Counted from the first letter of the stretch, positions 41,131 to 50,827 are shown. The stretch: 64,000 bases of DNA from an uncultured Chloroflexia bacterium (GCA_963757865.1 CAVWSU010000018.1:43644-107643); one strand, 5' to 3'. Notes: generated from the sequence alone by a model not told the origin. Numbers and translations are program-made.

Positions 41131-42177
41131 ATGAAGACCACGACCTCGACGCAGGTCACCCACTACGAGGTGCAGAAGAAGCGGCGCAATGCGCTGCTCG
41201 AGGAGTGGCGGCAGTACCACAAGGCCGTCGTCAGGCGGGCGGACGTCCAGATGGTGGACGTCCCGTCGCGGCGGATGCGGCGCGGCGTCTACATGGGCTG
41301 GGACGGCGATCGGCCGACCAAGAACCTCGATGCGACGCTGCACGAGCTGCCGGCGCACACGGTCACGCCGGTCCACCGGCACTCCTGGGACGCCGTCATG
41401 TTCGTCGAGTCGGGCCAGGGCTGGACCGAGATCGACGGACAGGTCGTGCAGTGGCGACCGTGGGACACGGTGCACCTGCCGAGCTGGTCCTGGCACCGGC
41501 ACGGGAACGACTCCGACGCGCCGGCCGTGTTCCACACCTGGAGCGTCGAGCCGATGCTCGAGGCCTTCGGGGTGGCCGTGCTCGAGGAGGGCGGGGACGC
41601 GCCCTACGCGGATCTCCCCCTGCCGCCCCGACAGGCGGATCCGCCCGACGGCGACGATCCGTACGCGCGGAGGGTCCGGCGGCTGGCGCGCGGAGCCGGT
41701 GGAGCGGAGGGCGCCCGGCTCATCACCCGCTTCGACGACGTCCGCGGCGTCGTGACGAAGCGGGGCGCCCGAAGCCTGTTCCTCGTCGATCAGTCGATCG
41801 GATTCCACACGGCCGGGCTGAGCGCGGTCATGCACGAGCTCGCCCCCGGCCTGTACCAGTCGCGTCACCGGCACGGGGGCCAGGCGTGGCTGTACGTCGT
41901 GTCGGGAAAGGGACACAGCGACATCGACGGGGTCTCGTACCCGTGGGAGGCGGGCGACCTGGTGGTCGTCGATCACTGGGCGTGGCACCAGCATTTCAAC
42001 GACGATCACGAGAAGACGGCCCGGCTGATCCGGGTGCACAACTTCGACGCCCTGTACGACATGATCCGGGTCCTTCTCGATCCGCTCGATCTGTTCGAGG
42101 AGCCACCCGTCCTCGACGCGCCCGATCTGTCCGGAATCACCTGGCCCGACCACTTCGACGGGCGCCCGGATGCCTGA
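41131..42177 (+). CDS. Bicupin protein (two cupin domains; dioxygenase-like)
   Basis: Two G-x5-HxH..E..G / P-x-G..H..N cupin motif sets: 'HRHSWDAVMFVESG' and 'HRHGGQAWLYVVSG'. Confidence 0.7.
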   Translation: MKTTTSTQVTHYEVQKKRRNALLEEWRQYHKAVVRRADVQMVDVPSRRMRRGVYMGWDGDRPTKNLDATLHELPAHTVTPVHRHSWDAVMFVESGQGWTEIDGQVVQWRPWDTVHLPSWSWHRHGNDSDAPAVFHTWSVEPMLEAFGVAVLEEGGDAPYADLPLPPRQADPPDGDDPYARRVRRLARGAGGAEGARLITRFDDVRGVVTKRGARSLFLVDQSIGFHTAGLSAVMHELAPGLYQSRHRHGGQAWLYVVSGKGHSDIDGVSYPWEAGDLVVVDHWAWHQHFNDDHEKTARLIRVHNFDALYDMIRVLLDPLDLFEEPPVLDAPDLSGITWPDHFDGRPDA

Positions 42178-42180
42178 CGC

Positions 42181-43062
42181 ATGACGGCGCTGCAGTTGCC
42201 GCCCGGATCGGAGGGCCTGGCCAGCCTCGCCGAGCTGCCCGAGGACGACTGGCTCGACCGGTGGGACCGGATCGTCGTCGACCCGGGCATCAAGGAACGG
42301 CTCGTGAACTTCGGGACCTTCTACTTCGGCCCCCGGGCCGGGTACTCCGCGGTGGGCCTGCCCATCCACGGCCTGGTCGTCCTGGAAGGCCCGCCCGGCA
42401 CGGGCAAGACCACGCTCGCATCCGGCCTCGCCAACCAGCTCGCCCCCATCGTGAACGGGGGGAGCCTGCTGTTCCTTGTGATCGACCCGCACGGGCTGCC
42501 CAGCCAGCTCCTGGGCGAAAGCCAGCGCGCGGTCGCGCGGCTGTTCGAGCGCACCCTGCCCGACATCGCGGCCCGCGGGCGCCCGGTCGTCGTGCTGCTC
42601 GACGAGGTCGAGGCGCTGGCGGTCAACCGCGGGGGCGCATCCCTGGAGACGAACCCGGTCGACGTGCATCGCGCGACCGATGCGGTCCTCTCCGGCCTGG
42701 ACCACGTCTCCGAGGCGTGCCGCAACGTCCTGTTCGTCGCGACGACCAACTACGTCCGCGGCGTGGACCCCGCATTCCTGTCACGCGCCGACCTGATCGA
42801 GCGCGTGGACCTGCCCGGCATCGAGGCCGTGGCCGCGATCCTGCTCGACACGCTGCACGAGATGTCGCCGTCGTTCTCCCCCGACCCGGCCCATCTGCGG
42901 TCGGTGGCGCACGGGTGCGTGGCGCAGCAACTGGATGCACGCGGCCTGAGGAAGCTCGTGGTCCGGGCACTCATCCGGCGGAGAGACCTTGCCGAGGACC
43001 CCAGCCGCCTCACGCTGCTCGACCTCGAGGAGGCGCTCGGTGATGTGTACAACCTGCAGTAG
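42181..43062 (+). CDS. AAA+ ATPase of the TRIP13/Pch2-like clade
   Basis: Walker A 'GPPGTGKTTL'. Walker B 'VVLLDEVEAL' (DEVE, not the DEID of classical AAA). The pre-Walker-B 'IDPHGLPSQLLGESQRAVARLF' resembles TRIP13. Confidence 0.65.
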   Translation: MTALQLPPGSEGLASLAELPEDDWLDRWDRIVVDPGIKERLVNFGTFYFGPRAGYSAVGLPIHGLVVLEGPPGTGKTTLASGLANQLAPIVNGGSLLFLVIDPHGLPSQLLGESQRAVARLFERTLPDIAARGRPVVVLLDEVEALAVNRGGASLETNPVDVHRATDAVLSGLDHVSEACRNVLFVATTNYVRGVDPAFLSRADLIERVDLPGIEAVAAILLDTLHEMSPSFSPDPAHLRSVAHGCVAQQLDARGLRKLVVRALIRRRDLAEDPSRLTLLDLEEALGDVYNLQ

Positions 43063-43119
43063 ATTGTTTGCACATTCGCTGATAAAGTCTCCGAAACGCC
43101 GCGACAGGGAGAGGCCATA

Positions 43120-44028
43120 GTGGCAGTGCCAGGACAACGGGCTCCGAGCGCGCCGGCGGCCCACGCCCCTGCATCCCTCGGGGGATCCGCGCGGGCAGAA
43201 CCCGCAAACGCCCAACCCGGATTCGACGAAGCCCGGGGCGTTCGGGGGGCCGTCGGAGCGTTCCTCGCGTATCCGCCCACCCTGCCGATCCTCTCGGTCC
43301 TCATCTTCCTGGGCGCGTGGCAGCTCGTCGGTTCGGGCCTCAACCCGATCCTGCTCGCGACGCCTTCGGCGGTGGCAGTCTCGTTCGTCAAGATCGTCCA
43401 GGACGGCAGTCTCGCTCCCGCGTTCCTGCGGGCGATGGAGGTGCTCGGCGTCGGCTTCGGGCTGGCCGCCGTGGTCGGCATCGCCGTGGGCGTCCTCATG
43501 GGCCGGAGCCACACCGCTGATCGCGTCCTCAGCCCGTACGTGAACTTCTTCCAGGCGACGCCGCTGATCGCCCTGGTGCCGCTGATCGTCATCTGGTTCG
43601 GCATCGGGTTCGTCGCCGAGGTCGCCGTCACGTTCCTCCTGGCCGTCTGGTCGATCATCGTCAACACCTCGGAGGGCGTCCGCAACACGCCGGACACGCT
43701 CCTCGACATGGCCCGCGTCTACCACACCACGGAGCGGTCGGTGATCCGCAACATCGCCATGCCGTACGCGGTCCCGTTCATCTTCGCCGGCCTCCGGATC
43801 GCCCTGGCGAAGGCGCTCATCGGCGTGATCATCGCCGAGATGGACGTCAGCCTCGCCGGTCTCGGGGGCCTGATCCAGAACTTCGGTGACGCCTTCGAGA
43901 CCGCCCAGCTCATGGCGGCCATCATCACGTCGTCGCTCGTGGGCGTCATCGGCACGGTCGTGCTCGAGCTCCTCCGTCGGCGGATCGCCCCATGGGCGAG
44001 CCGGTCGAAGGTCCACACGCAGGTCTGA
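43120..44028 (+). CDS. ABC permease, NitT/TauT family
   Basis: GTG after GGGAGAGG. Paralog of the 17852..18703 permease. Confidence 0.8.
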   Translation: MAVPGQRAPSAPAAHAPASLGGSARAEPANAQPGFDEARGVRGAVGAFLAYPPTLPILSVLIFLGAWQLVGSGLNPILLATPSAVAVSFVKIVQDGSLAPAFLRAMEVLGVGFGLAAVVGIAVGVLMGRSHTADRVLSPYVNFFQATPLIALVPLIVIWFGIGFVAEVAVTFLLAVWSIIVNTSEGVRNTPDTLLDMARVYHTTERSVIRNIAMPYAVPFIFAGLRIALAKALIGVIIAEMDVSLAGLGGLIQNFGDAFETAQLMAAIITSSLVGVIGTVVLELLRRRIAPWASRSKVHTQV

Positions 44029-44039
44029 GGACGACCGCC

Positions 44040-44876
44040 ATGGCTGCCCCGTACGCCTCGACCGGAACAGCGCACCGCGCGGGTGCCACGCCGCCCGCTC
44101 CCGCTCCCGCCCGCATCGAGCTTCGCAATGTCTCGAAGCGCTTCGCCCGTCCGGGCAAGTCGTCACAGCCCCTGACCGTGCTGTCCGACGTCTCGCTCGC
44201 CATCCCGGAAGGAACGTTCGTCTCGCTCATCGGGGCCTCCGGGTGCGGCAAGACCACGATGCTGCGGATGATGTCCGGCCTCGTCCCGTACGACGAGGGC
44301 AGCATCCAGATCAACGGGGCGCTGGTCCGCGGGATCCCGCCGTCGATCGGGTTCGTGTTCCAGGAGCCGGCACTCCTGCCCTGGAGGACGGTCCGTCAGA
44401 ACGTGGCGTTCGCGCTGCAGCAGCACGCGATGGACCGCCGGGAGCTGGAGGATCGCGTCTCCGAGAAGCTCCGCCTGGCGAACCTCCAGGACTTCGGCGA
44501 CTACTACCCGCGGATGCTGTCGGGCGGTATGCAGCAGCGCGTCGGGCTGGCCAGGGCCCTGGTCGGCGACCCGGATGTCCTGTTCATGGACGAGCCGCTG
44601 TCCGCGCTCGACGCCTTCACGCGGCGCCGGCTGCAGCAGGACATCGCCGACATCATCGAGTCCGCCAGCGCAACGACCGTCCTTGTCACGCACGACGTCG
44701 ACGAGGCGATCTTCTTTTCCGATCGGATCATCGTCATGGGGACGCCCCCTGCCTCGATCCGGGAAGTGGTCGACGTCCCGCTGCCACGTCCGCGTCGTCA
44801 CGTGGACCTGCTGCAGAACCCAGTCGTGGCCGAAATCCGCGACCACGTGCTGGGCACCGTTCTCGGGTTGGCCTGA
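44040..44876 (+). CDS. ABC ATP-binding protein, NitT/TauT family
   Basis: 'GASGCGKTT', 'LSGGMQQRV', 'LFMDEP'. Confidence 0.85.
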   Translation: MAAPYASTGTAHRAGATPPAPAPARIELRNVSKRFARPGKSSQPLTVLSDVSLAIPEGTFVSLIGASGCGKTTMLRMMSGLVPYDEGSIQINGALVRGIPPSIGFVFQEPALLPWRTVRQNVAFALQQHAMDRRELEDRVSEKLRLANLQDFGDYYPRMLSGGMQQRVGLARALVGDPDVLFMDEPLSALDAFTRRRLQQDIADIIESASATTVLVTHDVDEAIFFSDRIIVMGTPPASIREVVDVPLPRPRRHVDLLQNPVVAEIRDHVLGTVLGLA

Positions 44877-44924
44877 GTGTCCGCCTCCACGCCGGAGGCG
44901 GCTCGTGAGGAGAAAGGGGAACCG

Positions 44925-46083
44925 ATGAGGACCACCAGGGGGAACGCCGCACTTCCCGGCCGTGCGGCACGGGTCTTCACGATCGCTGCCGTCGGAATGC
45001 TGGTCGCGGCCTGCTCCGCGACGAACGGCACGCCCGCGCCAGCGTCGGCAGCTCCGGCGTCATCCGCACCTGCGGCGTCCGTCGCGGCTCCGGCAAGCGC
45101 CGCGGCATCCGCGGCAGCCTCGTCCGCGGCCGCATCGAGCGCCCCTGCCGCCTCGGCAGGGGCAGCGGCCTCGTTCGCACCGCCGAACCTGTCCGGTGAC
45201 ACGATCAGGATCGCGGTCGGCGCGTCGCCGCAGGCGAGCGATACGAAGGTGGCCCTGATGGCCCAGATCCTGCAGTCCTGGGGCGCGACGAGCTCGGTCG
45301 TGAACCAGACCGGCGACCCCGCGGCCGTTCGCGTGATCCTGGCGGGCGACGCGGAGGTAGGCGCGATCGCCGTGACGACCGCGATCAACTCCGGCCTGAT
45401 GATCTTCGGCCCGGCCCAGCCGCGCCTCGACTACGACTTCATCGGCGCCCCGTCGCTGAAGACGATCTCGCAGCTGCCCGGGCACATCTACGGGACGTCG
45501 AACACGCACGGGCTCGAGGCCCTGATGTTCGCCGACCTCCTCTCCAAGTACAACATCGCCCCGTCCAGCGTGCACGTGACGCTGGCCGGCGGCGCCTCCG
45601 TCCGCGTGAGCGCGATGCTCGCGCACCACATCGACGCGACGTTCGTCCACTTCGACAGCGTGGCGACGCTGACGGCGGCCGGCTTCAACGTGCTGGCCAA
45701 GATGCCGGTCGTCGCGCCCGAGCTGTCCGACTCGTTCCTCGGCGCGTCGCCGTCCTGGGTCAAGGCCCATCCCGGACCTGGCACAGGCCGTCGACGAGGC
45801 GTGGATCATGGCCGCCCAGATCTTCAACAACGACAAGGCCCAGTGGGTCGCCGCGGCGGTGAAGTACGCGGGCGGTTCGGCGACGGATGCCGGGACGCTG
45901 TACGACCAGCTGAAGCAGGGAGACACGTTCCCGGCCACGAAGAACGCCTTCTCGGCCGCGTCGGCCACCACGCAGGAGACCCTGGCGGCGAAGGTGGGAG
46001 CCATCACCTCGACGCCTCCGGCCAGCGCGTGGCTGGACTCGACGCCGTGGGACCAGGCCGCGGCGGCGTTGAACCTGCCCTGA
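44925..46083 (+). pseudogene. ABC substrate-binding lipoprotein, frameshifted near 45774
   Basis: Lipobox 'LVAAC'. Ala/Ser-rich linker. The reading frame switches at 'cccggacc' and the C-terminus continues as ORF 45808..46083. Confidence 0.6.
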
Positions 46084-46103
46084 CCTTCGAGGCGGATCCC
46101 GCC

Positions 46104-47054
46104 CTGAAGCTGTCGATGCTCGTTGCCCGGTACGACCGGAACGCGGCCCTCCTTGACGGCCGTGTTCCGGTCGAGGGCATCGACCTCCAGGTCCATGAAG
46201 AGAACAACGATCGAGCCCGTCAGCAGCTGGGCCTGACGGGCTCGTACGATGCCTGGGAAGGGTACGCCGGCCGGTACCTCATGGACCTGGAGGCGGGCCG
46301 GCGCGAGTTTTCGGCCATCCCGGTCTTTCCCAAGCGGACCTTCCGGCACTCCTCGATCTACGTCCGGCGGGGCGGGCCCGTCATCTCCCCCGCCGATCTC
46401 GCCGGCCGCCGGGTCGGCCTGCAGCACTGGGCCACCACGGCCGCGCTCTGGGCCCGGGCAGCGCTGGCCGACGAGTTCGACGTCGACCTCGGTTCCATCG
46501 AATGGGTCCAGACCTCGCCCGACATCCCGCGGTGGATCCGCCCTCCGTGGCTGCGCCTGGAGCAGGCTCGGCCGGACGCCGACCTGGCAGCGATGCTGCT
46601 CTCGGGCGAGGTGGACGCGGCCATCACGTCGGAGGCGTGGGTCCCCTACGAGCACCCCGAGTTCGACTTCCTGCTCCCGGACTACCCCATCCTCGAGCGT
46701 GAGTACTTCGCCCGCACGCGCGTGTTCCCGATCATGCACCTGCTGCTCGTGCGGACGTCCATCCTCGACGCAGACCCGTCCCTGGCACGCCGGCTGTTCG
46801 ACGCCTGGACAGCGTCCAAGCTCGCCTGCATCGAGCGGCTCCGCCGGGATCGCCTGCTCTTCACGTCGATGTGGTTCCACGGCCTTCTGCAGGAGGAGCG
46901 GGAGGCCGCAGGCTCCGACGACACGTACCCGTGGGGCTTCGGACGGTGCCGCCACGAGATCGCGACGCTGCTGGACCACGCGCTCGCGCAGGGCCTCATC
47001 ACCGCGCCGATGCGTCCGGAGGACGTGTTCCATCCCTCGTCGCTCGAGACCTGA
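46104..47054 (+). CDS. 4,5-dihydroxyphthalate-decarboxylase-family protein (PhtD-like, binding-protein fold)
   Basis: 'IPVFPKRTFRHSSIYV', 'DLAGRRVGL', 'VFPIMHLLLVR'. A possible CTG start at 46104 gives 'MKLS..' like homologs; the first ATG is at 46116. Confidence 0.6.
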   Translation: MKLSMLVARYDRNAALLDGRVPVEGIDLQVHEENNDRARQQLGLTGSYDAWEGYAGRYLMDLEAGRREFSAIPVFPKRTFRHSSIYVRRGGPVISPADLAGRRVGLQHWATTAALWARAALADEFDVDLGSIEWVQTSPDIPRWIRPPWLRLEQARPDADLAAMLLSGEVDAAITSEAWVPYEHPEFDFLLPDYPILEREYFARTRVFPIMHLLLVRTSILDADPSLARRLFDAWTASKLACIERLRRDRLLFTSMWFHGLLQEEREAAGSDDTYPWGFGRCRHEIATLLDHALAQGLITAPMRPEDVFHPSSLET

Positions 47055-47131
47055 CCGCCGCGTCGCGGTTGCCGCCACGGAGGGCTATCCTGTCGCCCGT
47101 TCGAGTGAATCCGCAGCCGGAGGCGCGCCGC

Positions 47132-47551
47132 ATGCTCGACCTGACGACCGAATTCGGGGCCCGCGCCGACCGACGCCTCCGGACGGACGAGATCGGGTGG
47201 TTCACGACGGTGCGCGCCGACGGCACGCCCGTGCCCGTCCCGGTCTGGTTCGTCTGGGACGGCGAGACCATCCTGCTGTACAGCCAGCCCAGGGCCGGGA
47301 AGGTCAGGAACATCGCGGCGAACCCGCGAGCCTCCCTGCATCTCGACACGGACGCGCACGGGAACGACATGGTCGTCGTGACCGGTGAGGCCAGGGTGGA
47401 CCCCGCGACGCCGGCCGCAACCTTCCTGCCGGCGTACGTCGACAAGTACCGTGCCCGCATCGACGAGTCGTTCGGAGGACGGACCGAGGAGCTGGCCGCG
47501 GACTACTCGACCCCGATCCGGATGGTCCCGGACCGGATCTCCGGGTTCTGA
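47132..47551 (+). CDS. PPOX-class F420-dependent (pyridoxamine-5'-phosphate-oxidase-fold) protein
   Basis: Split-barrel 'WFTTVRADGTPVPVPVWFVWDGETILL'. Confidence 0.7.
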   Translation: MLDLTTEFGARADRRLRTDEIGWFTTVRADGTPVPVPVWFVWDGETILLYSQPRAGKVRNIAANPRASLHLDTDAHGNDMVVVTGEARVDPATPAATFLPAYVDKYRARIDESFGGRTEELAADYSTPIRMVPDRISGF

Positions 47552-47565
47552 CCCGAGACGGCATC

Positions 47566-48804
47566 ATGCCCACGCGACACGAAACGCTCGACATCGCGGG
47601 ACGGCGCATCACGATCAGCAACCCGGACAAGGTCTTCTTCACCGGCCCGGGGTTCACCAAGCTCGACCTCGTCCGCTACTACCTCGCCGTCGCGGACGGC
47701 GCTCTCCGCGGCGCCGGAGGCCGGCCCATGGCCCTGAAGCGCTACGTGAACGGGGCGGCGGGCGAGTTCTTCTTCCAGAAGCGGGCGCCGGAGTCGCGAC
47801 CCGACTGGGTGGAGACCGTCGAGCTGTCGTTCCCGTCGGGCCGGACGGCGAACGAGGTGGTCGTGCGGGACGCCTCGCAGCTCGCCTGGATCGTCAACCT
47901 CGGGTGCATCGACCTGAACCCGCACCCGGTGCGTGCGGACGACCTGGAGCACCCGGACGAGCTGCGCGTGGACCTCGACCCGGGACCGGCGGTCCCGTGG
48001 GACGACGTGCGCCGCGTTGCGCTCGTGGTACGAGACGTGCTCTCGGATCACGGCCTCGCGGGATGGCCCAAGACATCCGGGTCTCGCGGAATCCACGTGA
48101 ACGTGCGGATCGAGCGACGCTGGGAGTTCGGGGACGTGCGCCGCGCCGCGCTGGCGCTGGCACGGGAGGTCGAGCGACGTGCCCCGGATATCGCCACGAG
48201 CCGCTGGTGGAAGGAGGAGCGGCACGGCGTCTTCATCGACTACAACCAGAACGCGAAGGATCGCACCGTCGCCTCCGCCTACTCGGTCCGGCCGATGCCC
48301 GACGCCCGGGTCTCCACGCCGCTGACCTGGGACGAGGTTCCGACGGTCGACCCGGCCGGCTTCACCCTGGCGACGGTTCCCGAGCGGTACTCCCGCATGG
48401 GCGATCCGGGCGAGGGGATCGACGAAGCAGTCGGGTCGCTCGATCCGCTCCTCGACCTCTCGGCGCGCCAGGAGGCGCAGGGCCTCGGCGAGGCGCCGTG
48501 GCCCCCGCACTACCCGAAGCCGGCGGACGAGCCCCCGCGCGTGATGCCGTCGCGGCGCCGCATGACGATGCCGCTCGTCGAGATCGGGCGCGCGGCGACG
48601 AAGGACGAGGCGCTCGCGGGGCTGGCGCGCTGGAACGAGCGACACCCCGAGGCGGCACGACTGCTGCAGCCCGACGACGTGCTGGTGGACGCGATGCGCG
48701 GGAGGTACACGACCTGGACCCGCATCCGCGTGAACCTGCGCCACGTCCCGGAGGAGGACCGGCCCGGGCAGGAGGCACTGGACCCGGACTACAGCCCCTG
48801 GTAG
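47566..48804 (+). CDS. LigD-type polymerase/primase domain (PolDom/Prim-Pol), stand-alone, with a ~110-aa C-terminal extension
   Basis: 'ISNPDKVFF', 'LKRYVNGAAGEFFFQK', 'IVNLGCIDLNPHP', 'DLDPGP', 'GWPKTSGSRGIHV' AEP motifs. Confidence 0.85.
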   Translation: MPTRHETLDIAGRRITISNPDKVFFTGPGFTKLDLVRYYLAVADGALRGAGGRPMALKRYVNGAAGEFFFQKRAPESRPDWVETVELSFPSGRTANEVVVRDASQLAWIVNLGCIDLNPHPVRADDLEHPDELRVDLDPGPAVPWDDVRRVALVVRDVLSDHGLAGWPKTSGSRGIHVNVRIERRWEFGDVRRAALALAREVERRAPDIATSRWWKEERHGVFIDYNQNAKDRTVASAYSVRPMPDARVSTPLTWDEVPTVDPAGFTLATVPERYSRMGDPGEGIDEAVGSLDPLLDLSARQEAQGLGEAPWPPHYPKPADEPPRVMPSRRRMTMPLVEIGRAATKDEALAGLARWNERHPEAARLLQPDDVLVDAMRGRYTTWTRIRVNLRHVPEEDRPGQEALDPDYSPW

Positions 48805-48841
48805 TCGGGTCGGTGCCGGCCCGGCGCCTGCAGCCTGCAGC

Positions 48842-50827
48842 CTACGGCGCGAGCCTCGCGAGGCGGTTGGCGTCCAGGGCCCCCTCGGCCACCCAGACCC
48901 GCCCGTCGGGGGCCGTGGCGGGCCACCAGGGACCGCAGCCCGCGACTGGCATCCGGACCTGGACGGCCGTCCCCGACGCGGGGTCGAATCGGGCGAGCGC
49001 ATCACCCAGCTCGCCGACCCAGATACGCCCGGCCTCGTCGATGGCCACGCCGTACCCCGCCGTTCCGGCGCCCAGCCGGGTCGCGGTCATGGATCCGGTC
49101 CCCGGATCGAGCCGTCCCAGGGCGCCGTCGAGCGTCGAGAACCAGACGATCCCCGTGGGTGCGACGGCGATCCCGACCGGCTCACCCTGCGTGGCCGCTC
49201 CCCGGTACTCGCGGATCGCGCCCGTGGCGGGATCCAGCACGCCGACGGCCTTGCCGTCCATCTCCGTGAACCAGGCACGCCCGTCGCGGGCAAGCGTGAT
49301 CCAGTACGGGATCGAGTCGGGGGTCGGGATCGGGTACTCGCGCACGGCTCCGGATGTGGGGTCCAGCACGGCGATCCGGCCGGCCGCCTGCTCGGTGACG
49401 TAGACCGCGCCCGACGGCGCCACGGCGATCCCGACCGGACCGGCATGCACCGTCGGGAGCGGGTACTCGCGCACGGCACCCGTGGCCGGATCGAGCATCC
49501 CGACCTGGTCGGTCGCCTCCTCCGCCCACCAGATTCGCCCGTCGGGGCCCACGGCGAGGCCCATCACCGAACGGATCGGCTGCGCGAGCACGAGCTCCCG
49601 GACCACGCCGGTTCCCGGGTCGAGCTCCGCGATCCGGTTGCCGTCCATCTCACCCACCCAGACGTGCCCGTCTGGCGCGACGGCCGGGATCATGAGGCCG
49701 CTGCGAGGCGTGGGAATCGTGTACTCGCTGACCCCGCCGGTCGTCGCCGTCACGGCCTTCGAAGCGACGCCCCATGGCGCGGGCGACGACCCGGAAGCGC
49801 CCGGCGGCGCCTGGACGCCTGCTGCCACGGACCCGAGCAGCAGAACGACAGCCCCGAACCCGACGCCGGCGATCGGCGGCGCCGCGTGCCAGGCCAGGGT
49901 CCTCGGTGATGCCCGTCCGTACACCACCACCGCGGCCGCCAGCGTCGCCAGGGCCACGGCCAGGAAGACCTGCGGCGGCACGTCGGGAGCGGGCGAGCCG
50001 AGAGGGTCCGCGATCGCCGCCGCGGGCGGCGGAACGAGACCGGTGAGCGGCAGGGGGACGGCCACCTCGCCGGTCGCGCCCCCCACCATGAAAGTGAGCC
50101 GCGCCGTCCACGTCCCCGACACGGGCGTCAGCTCCACGAACGCGTCGTACGCCTGCGTGGGTCCGGCATCCGACGACTCTCGTGAGCCGGGAACGAGCGC
50201 GAGAGGCGGTCCGGCGTTGCCCGCCGGGTCGACGAGCCGGACGCGGAGCGGCACGGGTGCGCCCGGCGTCACCGGGACGTCCACGTCGACCTGGTTCGTG
50301 CCCACCTCGCCGGGAATGACGTTCACGGCAACGACCGTTCCGCCCGCGTCGACGGTGGACGACACGAGGTTCGACGGGTTGTCGTTCGCGGCGATCGCCT
50401 GCTGTGCCGACCGCGTGGCGATCTCACCGGCCGCCGGCGTGGTGCCTCCCAGGATGGCCCCGGCCCCGACGGCCGCCGCCGCCAGGACCAGCTCCGCGCC
50501 GATGGTCAGCCAGGGCCCCGACTCGCTGCGGTCCGGACGCCCGACGGCCGCGAGGCGCCGCAGGGCGTTGAGGCCGGCCGGGACGAGCAGCAGCGCCACG
50601 ATGGCGGCCTTGACCAGGAGCACGCGGCCGTATGCCGTCGACACCAGCGCACCCGGGTCCGGGATCACGACCAGGGCCGCGACGAGGCCGCTGCCGAGGA
50701 CGAGCGCCACGGACGGGGCGGCAAGGCGCGAGAACCGCGCGAGAGGTCGGTACGCGAGGTGCGCGCGCCGGAAACGCTCTCCGGGCGCACCCACGCCCGG
50801 GCCAGGTGGACGAGCCCGCCGGTCCAC
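48842..50827 (-). CDS. CopD-like C-terminal TM segments, a Pro/Ala-rich linker and a Vgb (streptogramin-lyase)-like 7-bladed beta-propeller; probably the downstream part of the copC-copD gene
   Basis: Repeats of 'REYPIPTPDSIPYWITLARDGRAWFTE..G..GVLDP' are colinear with S. aureus Vgb. The N-terminus overlaps ORF 50665..52200 by 163 nt in a different frame. Confidence 0.6.
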   Translation of the reverse strand: MDRRARPPGPGVGAPGERFRRAHLAYRPLARFSRLAAPSVALVLGSGLVAALVVIPDPGALVSTAYGRVLLVKAAIVALLLVPAGLNALRRLAAVGRPDRSESGPWLTIGAELVLAAAAVGAGAILGGTTPAAGEIATRSAQQAIAANDNPSNLVSSTVDAGGTVVAVNVIPGEVGTNQVDVDVPVTPGAPVPLRVRLVDPAGNAGPPLALVPGSRESSDAGPTQAYDAFVELTPVSGTWTARLTFMVGGATGEVAVPLPLTGLVPPPAAAIADPLGSPAPDVPPQVFLAVALATLAAAVVVYGRASPRTLAWHAAPPIAGVGFGAVVLLLGSVAAGVQAPPGASGSSPAPWGVASKAVTATTGGVSEYTIPTPRSGLMIPAVAPDGHVWVGEMDGNRIAELDPGTGVVRELVLAQPIRSVMGLAVGPDGRIWWAEEATDQVGMLDPATGAVREYPLPTVHAGPVGIAVAPSGAVYVTEQAAGRIAVLDPTSGAVREYPIPTPDSIPYWITLARDGRAWFTEMDGKAVGVLDPATGAIREYRGAATQGEPVGIAVAPTGIVWFSTLDGALGRLDPGTGSMTATRLGAGTAGYGVAIDEAGRIWVGELGDALARFDPASGTAVQVRMPVAGCGPWWPATAPDGRVWVAEGALDANRLARLAP

